A stretch of DNA of 64,000 nt, taken from Nitrospinales bacterium. Its GTDB lineage: Bacteria > Nitrospinota > Nitrospinia > Nitrospinales > VA-1. The notes below the pieces were generated by a model, which was given only the letters and a program-made list of their open reading frames with translations, searched no databases and was not told where the DNA came from. The translations under genes were made by a program, and so were the position numbers. Of the stretch, positions 60,214-64,000 are shown piece by piece. Position 1 is the first letter of the stretch. The number at the start of each line of letters is the position of its first letter. The stretch lies in NCBI GenBank assembly GCA_965223795.1, contig CBDCXL010000002.1:1952001-2016000 (forward strand), in the 5' to 3' direction.

Positions 60214-60926
60214 ACTGGCGGAGCGTTCTCTGCCTTTTATTTTTCCTGTCTGCCTGCGGTCCCCCGGAAGTGGAACAGATCGAGGTCGTGGTTCCCGAAG
60301 GCGTGACGGTTCCCGATGGCATGGTCTACATTCCGGAAGGCGCGTTCACGATGGGGCACGCCGACGATCCCCAGACGGAAGGCGGCAACAAGGTGGTCAC
60401 GGATGCGTTTTTTATCGACCGCTTCGAAGTCAGCCGCGGGGACTTTAAAAAGTTCAAACCCGATGCCCCGGTTTCCGAAAAGAAAGCTCAATTTCCCGTC
60501 GCGCACGTGACCTTCGCGGAGGCTCAAGCCTACTGCCGCTCGCTGAACAAGCGGCTGCCGAAAGAAGTGGAATGGGAGAAGGCGGCGCGCGGAGTGGACG
60601 GGCGCAAATGGCCCTGGAGCCAGTATTACGATCATCCCAACAACGGGTTTTCCGGGTTTCTGCCGGAAACGGTGGACAAGCGGAAAGAATGGATCAGCCC
60701 TTACGGGGTTTACGGCATGGGGCACAACGTGTGGGAGTGGGTGGTGGACGATTACGCCTATCCGGGCCAGCCTGAGAACGATCGGAAACGCTTCAAGGTG
60801 ATCCGCGGCGGGCTGATCCAGACGCATCTTAAAATCGAATTCAGCCCCACCTACTTTCGCAACTGGATGGAACCGACCGCGGCGCACAATTTTCTCGGTT
60901 TCCGCTGCGCCCGCGATGCGCCATGA
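60210..60926 (+). CDS. FGE-sulfatase-domain lipoprotein
   Basis: Lipobox LSAC; RLPKEVEWEKAARG, NVWEW and GFRC motifs; ATGA coupling to the MsrP-like gene. Confidence 0.88.
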   Translation: MNWRSVLCLLFFLSACGPPEVEQIEVVVPEGVTVPDGMVYIPEGAFTMGHADDPQTEGGNKVVTDAFFIDRFEVSRGDFKKFKPDAPVSEKKAQFPVAHVTFAEAQAYCRSLNKRLPKEVEWEKAARGVDGRKWPWSQYYDHPNNGFSGFLPETVDKRKEWISPYGVYGMGHNVWEWVVDDYAYPGQPENDRKRFKVIRGGLIQTHLKIEFSPTYFRNWMEPTAAHNFLGFRCARDAP

Positions 60927-60959
60927 ACACGCGGCCTATCACCGCAGAAGGAAAGCGAA

Positions 60960-61439
60960 TCAGTAATCGCCTTTCAAGTGATCGGCGATTTTCTCCGCCG
61001 CCTGATTGAACAGCATCTCGCTCGAACCGCCGGTGATCCCGCCGTTCAGCCAGGCCGTCACCACCCAGCCGCCCACCATTTTCTCTTCGTTGAACAGCGC
61101 GGCTTTCACTTTCAGCCGGCCTTTCGCGGAATTTGCGGCGCCGAACGTCGCCATGCGCGCGAGACGGCTGCCTTCCTTGAATTCCAGCACTTTGTATTTC
61201 AGAGAAAACTTGGCCTGCGTGCCGGTCAGCAGAAACCCCGTGTTGTCCAGCGAGTGTTCCAGGGAGTCCTGCAGGTGGGCGCTGGCTGTCTGGAGTTTGT
61301 TGTCCTGCGACGTCAGGTCGACGAGGAGCAGCGTGTTGACTTCATTTTTCCAGCCTTTTTTAACTTCGGAATCCACTCCCGCGCAGGCGGTCAGCGTGAT
61401 TGCCAGGATGAGAAAAATCCATGTGCCGCTTTTTTTCAT
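60960..61439 (-). CDS. Lipoprotein, DUF4410-like
   Basis: Lipobox LTAC; EGSRLARMATFGA motif resembling DUF4410. Confidence 0.65.
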   Translation of the reverse strand: MKKSGTWIFLILAITLTACAGVDSEVKKGWKNEVNTLLLVDLTSQDNKLQTASAHLQDSLEHSLDNTGFLLTGTQAKFSLKYKVLEFKEGSRLARMATFGAANSAKGRLKVKAALFNEEKMVGGWVVTAWLNGGITGGSSEMLFNQAAEKIADHLKGDY

Positions 61440-61558
61440 GACCTTGATCCACCGTTTGATTGTCTGATTGACTGTATGCGCGATTCTAGCAAACAACACG
61501 CATTGAAATCAACAGGTTGGACCAAAAAGGCACAAAGGGGGGAGTTCGGTGATCCGAT

Positions 61559-63334
61559 TCACATGAACCAGTGCAGGACTTTTTCCTCAAAGTCGCTGAA
61601 CCAGATCTGCAACTCGATGGGGATGAGGCTGTTGAGATACGTGAGATAACCCATTGCCAGTGCGATGCCGAGAGTGATGAGGAGAAAACCGCTGAACAGG
61701 TTGGTGGTGTGCAGCAACACGGTGCGGCCGGCCACGGTCACTTCCCAGCCCTTGCCGCGCAGCATGCGCCAGAACAGCCCGTCCTTCGGCAGGTGCCCGC
61801 AGAAGGTGGAGATGACGATCAGCGGCAGGCCCAGACCGACGGCGTAGAAAAACAACAGCGCCATGCCCTCGAATACGGTTTTTTCCGACGCGGCGAGGAT
61901 GAGGATGCCGGAAAGGATCGGGCCGACGCAGGGCGTCCAGCCCAGGGCGAAGGTGGCGCCGAACAGGAAAAAGCCGAAAAACGTGGAGCCGGGCCGCCCC
62001 TTGAAACTGGCGCCGGAAAATCCCTTGCCGAACAGGGTCATGACGCCGAACAACGCGACGAGGACACCGCCGATGGTGGTGAGGGAGAAGATGTAGTCGC
62101 GCAGGATTTGCCCGATCAGGCTTGCGGACGCGCCCATGGCCACGAACAGGGTGGCGAGCCCGACGAAAAACGCCAGCGACATGAGACCGATGCGGGTGCG
62201 GTCGGTCTGCGCGGTGATGGCGAAGTACGCGGGCAGGATGGGCAGCGTGCAGGGCGACAGAAAGCTGAACACGCCGGCGATGAAGGATAAAAAGATGAGG
62301 GCCAGAATGCCGGACTTGGGCAGCGTGGACTGCGCTTCGAAGGGATTGACCGTTTCGGTTTTTTCGGCCTTCGGTTCCGACTCCACGGTATCACTGCCGC
62401 TGGACGCCGTGTCGAAAGGGCTGGACGCGGATTTTGCGGCGAGCGTCTGGCTGAGCGAGGCCTGCTTCATGGCGGCGGGTTTTTCCGCGCTCACGCAGCG
62501 AAACCCCACGTCGGGAGCCGGTTCGTCCGGATTGGCGAACTGCCGGTAGCCGCTGCGGGCGAACTGCTTGAGCGCCTTGAGGTAGAGCGGGCCGGGAAAA
62601 TGACCGATGTCGCGGGCGGAATGGCCGCGCAGGACTTTGTAGCCGGAGTCGAAGTATTCGCTCTGGTAGCTGGAACCCTTGAAGGGGGCGTAGTCCGCAT
62701 CCACCCATTCCCAGGCGTTGCCGACGAGATCGTGCACGCCTTCGGGGCTCGCTCCCTTGGGGTGTATGCCGACGGGGCCGGGACCGTTCTTGCTGCCGGC
62801 GGATTGCGGCAGGTTGGCGAACGCGGGGTCGAAGGCGTCGCCCCAGGGATACTGGTTTCCTTTGCTGCCGCGTGCGGCGCGTTCCCATTGCTTTTCTGTG
62901 GGAAGGGATTTTCCCGCCCACTGGCAGAAATTGGCGGCGTCGAACCAGTTCACCCAGACCACCGGGTGATCGCCCTGTCCCTCGGGATAGGCGTCGTTTT
63001 TCCAGTTGGGCGGCGGCACCGCGCCGACGTCGTCGACGTAGATTTTGTAGCGTTTCTGGGTGACTTCGTGCCGGTCGATGTAAAAACTTTTCAGAAAGAC
63101 CTTCTGCTCGGGGTTCTCGTCGGCGTACCAGGGTTTGGGAATGCCGAGGGACAAGGCTTCCGCGGCTTCGTCTTTGAGGTCGGTGCCGAAGATGAAGTGC
63201 CCCGCCTGGATCTGCACCATGTCGCCTTCGAGCGGGTTGTCCCGGGCTTCATCGGCCGCCGCTGCGGATGCGGCGGTGAGCCAGACCAGGGCGGCGACGA
63301 GCACGGCCGCTATGTGAATTCGAATTGGTTTCAT
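61559..63334 (-). CDS. Fusion of a periplasmic FGE-sulfatase domain and a CcdA/DsbD transmembrane domain
   Basis: Signal peptide, FGE motifs (QWERAARG, GNAWEW, GFRC), then SFLSPCTLPILP and GWTPCVGPIL. Confidence 0.9.
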   Translation of the reverse strand: MKPIRIHIAAVLVAALVWLTAASAAAADEARDNPLEGDMVQIQAGHFIFGTDLKDEAAEALSLGIPKPWYADENPEQKVFLKSFYIDRHEVTQKRYKIYVDDVGAVPPPNWKNDAYPEGQGDHPVVWVNWFDAANFCQWAGKSLPTEKQWERAARGSKGNQYPWGDAFDPAFANLPQSAGSKNGPGPVGIHPKGASPEGVHDLVGNAWEWVDADYAPFKGSSYQSEYFDSGYKVLRGHSARDIGHFPGPLYLKALKQFARSGYRQFANPDEPAPDVGFRCVSAEKPAAMKQASLSQTLAAKSASSPFDTASSGSDTVESEPKAEKTETVNPFEAQSTLPKSGILALIFLSFIAGVFSFLSPCTLPILPAYFAITAQTDRTRIGLMSLAFFVGLATLFVAMGASASLIGQILRDYIFSLTTIGGVLVALFGVMTLFGKGFSGASFKGRPGSTFFGFFLFGATFALGWTPCVGPILSGILILAASEKTVFEGMALLFFYAVGLGLPLIVISTFCGHLPKDGLFWRMLRGKGWEVTVAGRTVLLHTTNLFSGFLLITLGIALAMGYLTYLNSLIPIELQIWFSDFEEKVLHWFM

Positions 63335-63354
63335 GATGGATTGCGGCTGGCGCT

Positions 63355-63891
63355 TCAGCCCTGCTTGGACGCGGATGTCTGCATCAGCTGTTCAAAATAT
63401 CGCAGGGTCTCGGGCTCGGTCCAGTTCTCGGCGCCCTGCTTGACGCCGATGATGTTTCCCTCCGGGTCGATCAGGACCGACGTGGGCAGGCTGACGATGC
63501 CGAACAGATGGCTCACGGTCAAATCCTGGTCGAGCAGCACGGTGAAGGTGAGTGCGTTCGCTTTCACGTAAGGCTCCACCACACGGGAACCGAACATGTC
63601 GTTGGAAATGGCCAGCACCTCGAAGCCGTCTGCTTTGAACCTCTGGTACAGGGCTTCGAGGGAGGGCATTTCGATCTTGCAGGGACCGCACCAGGTGGCC
63701 CAGAAATTGAGCAGCACGTATCTGCCGCGGTACTGATCGAGGCTCACCTCTTCACCGCTCAACGACTGCAGCGAGAAATTGCTTGCCGGTTTCGAGTCTT
63801 TGTCGGCGCGGGCCGGGTTTCCTGACAGAATCAACAGGAGTGCGAGCGCAAGGATGCAGCGTGTGCCTGTTTTGCTGAGGGATGCCATCAC
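63355..63891 (-). CDS. TlpA/ResA-like thiol-disulfide oxidoreductase
   Basis: Signal peptide; LNFWATWCGPC..EMP; LPTS.LID. Confidence 0.93.
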   Translation of the reverse strand: MMASLSKTGTRCILALALLLILSGNPARADKDSKPASNFSLQSLSGEEVSLDQYRGRYVLLNFWATWCGPCKIEMPSLEALYQRFKADGFEVLAISNDMFGSRVVEPYVKANALTFTVLLDQDLTVSHLFGIVSLPTSVLIDPEGNIIGVKQGAENWTEPETLRYFEQLMQTSASKQG

Positions 63892-63940
63892 GAAACGACG
63901 GGGAAGTTTGGAGTTTGTTTCAGCCGTTAAGAAGGGAGCG

Positions 63941-64000
63941 TCATTCCACCGCCTCGATGCAGCGGACCATGGGAATGGCTTTCTTCAAGGCCCGCTCGAT
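63941..64000 (-). CDS. 3' end of a probable NifU/NfuA C-terminal-domain protein (partial)
   Basis: Reads IERALKKAIPMVRCIEAVE-stop, resembling NifU-domain C-termini; only 19 residues are visible. Confidence 0.55.
   Translation of the reverse strand: MERALKKAIPMVRCIEAVE

Overview
Bacterial chromosomal window with a GC-rich core (about 20-64 kb) and a visibly more AT-rich accessory left part (about 1.5-20 kb) interleaved with four minus-strand tRNA genes (Arg-TCT, Pro-TGG, Arg-TCG, His-GTG). The gene content (several non-catalytic FGE-sulfatase-domain proteins, NHL-repeat and multiheme cytochrome genes, a DAB carbon pump) would fit a Nitrospinota-like chemolithoautotroph, but that is inference only. 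Accessory part: a frameshifted coiled-coil/FGE gene; four small secreted two-cysteine peptide genes behind a sigma54 promoter, divergent from an UndA-like heme-oxygenase-fold diiron enzyme that has its own sigma54-like promoter; DUF3565/DUF1971; DUF523/DUF1722; a dabB-nuoM-like-dabA-PII inorganic carbon uptake operon; Hsp20; a type II sulfide:quinone oxidoreductase; a FIST protein plus hybrid kinase; and a His-rich Spy/CpxP-like protein. Core part: sspB-like, MBL hydrolase, ilvB, ppx, lptG-like, amgK-like, ferredoxin, engB, DUF1015, a four-gene cytochrome c cluster with 25 heme motifs, treT-treY-treZ-glgX, an NHL protein preceded by a structured RNA candidate, two tandem B12 radical SAM enzymes, a secreted ankyrin protein with about 29 repeats, dapF-dapA-dapB, a Tat MsrP-like molybdoenzyme with an unusual CVEC motif, an FGE-CcdA fusion, TlpA and the end of a NifU-like gene. 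Best novelty candidates: the sigma54 peptide array/UndA-like locus, the FGE-CcdA/TlpA/MsrP-like redox module, and the switch-like RNA at about 49.2-49.35 kb. All family calls come from motif recognition by eye; no searches were run.
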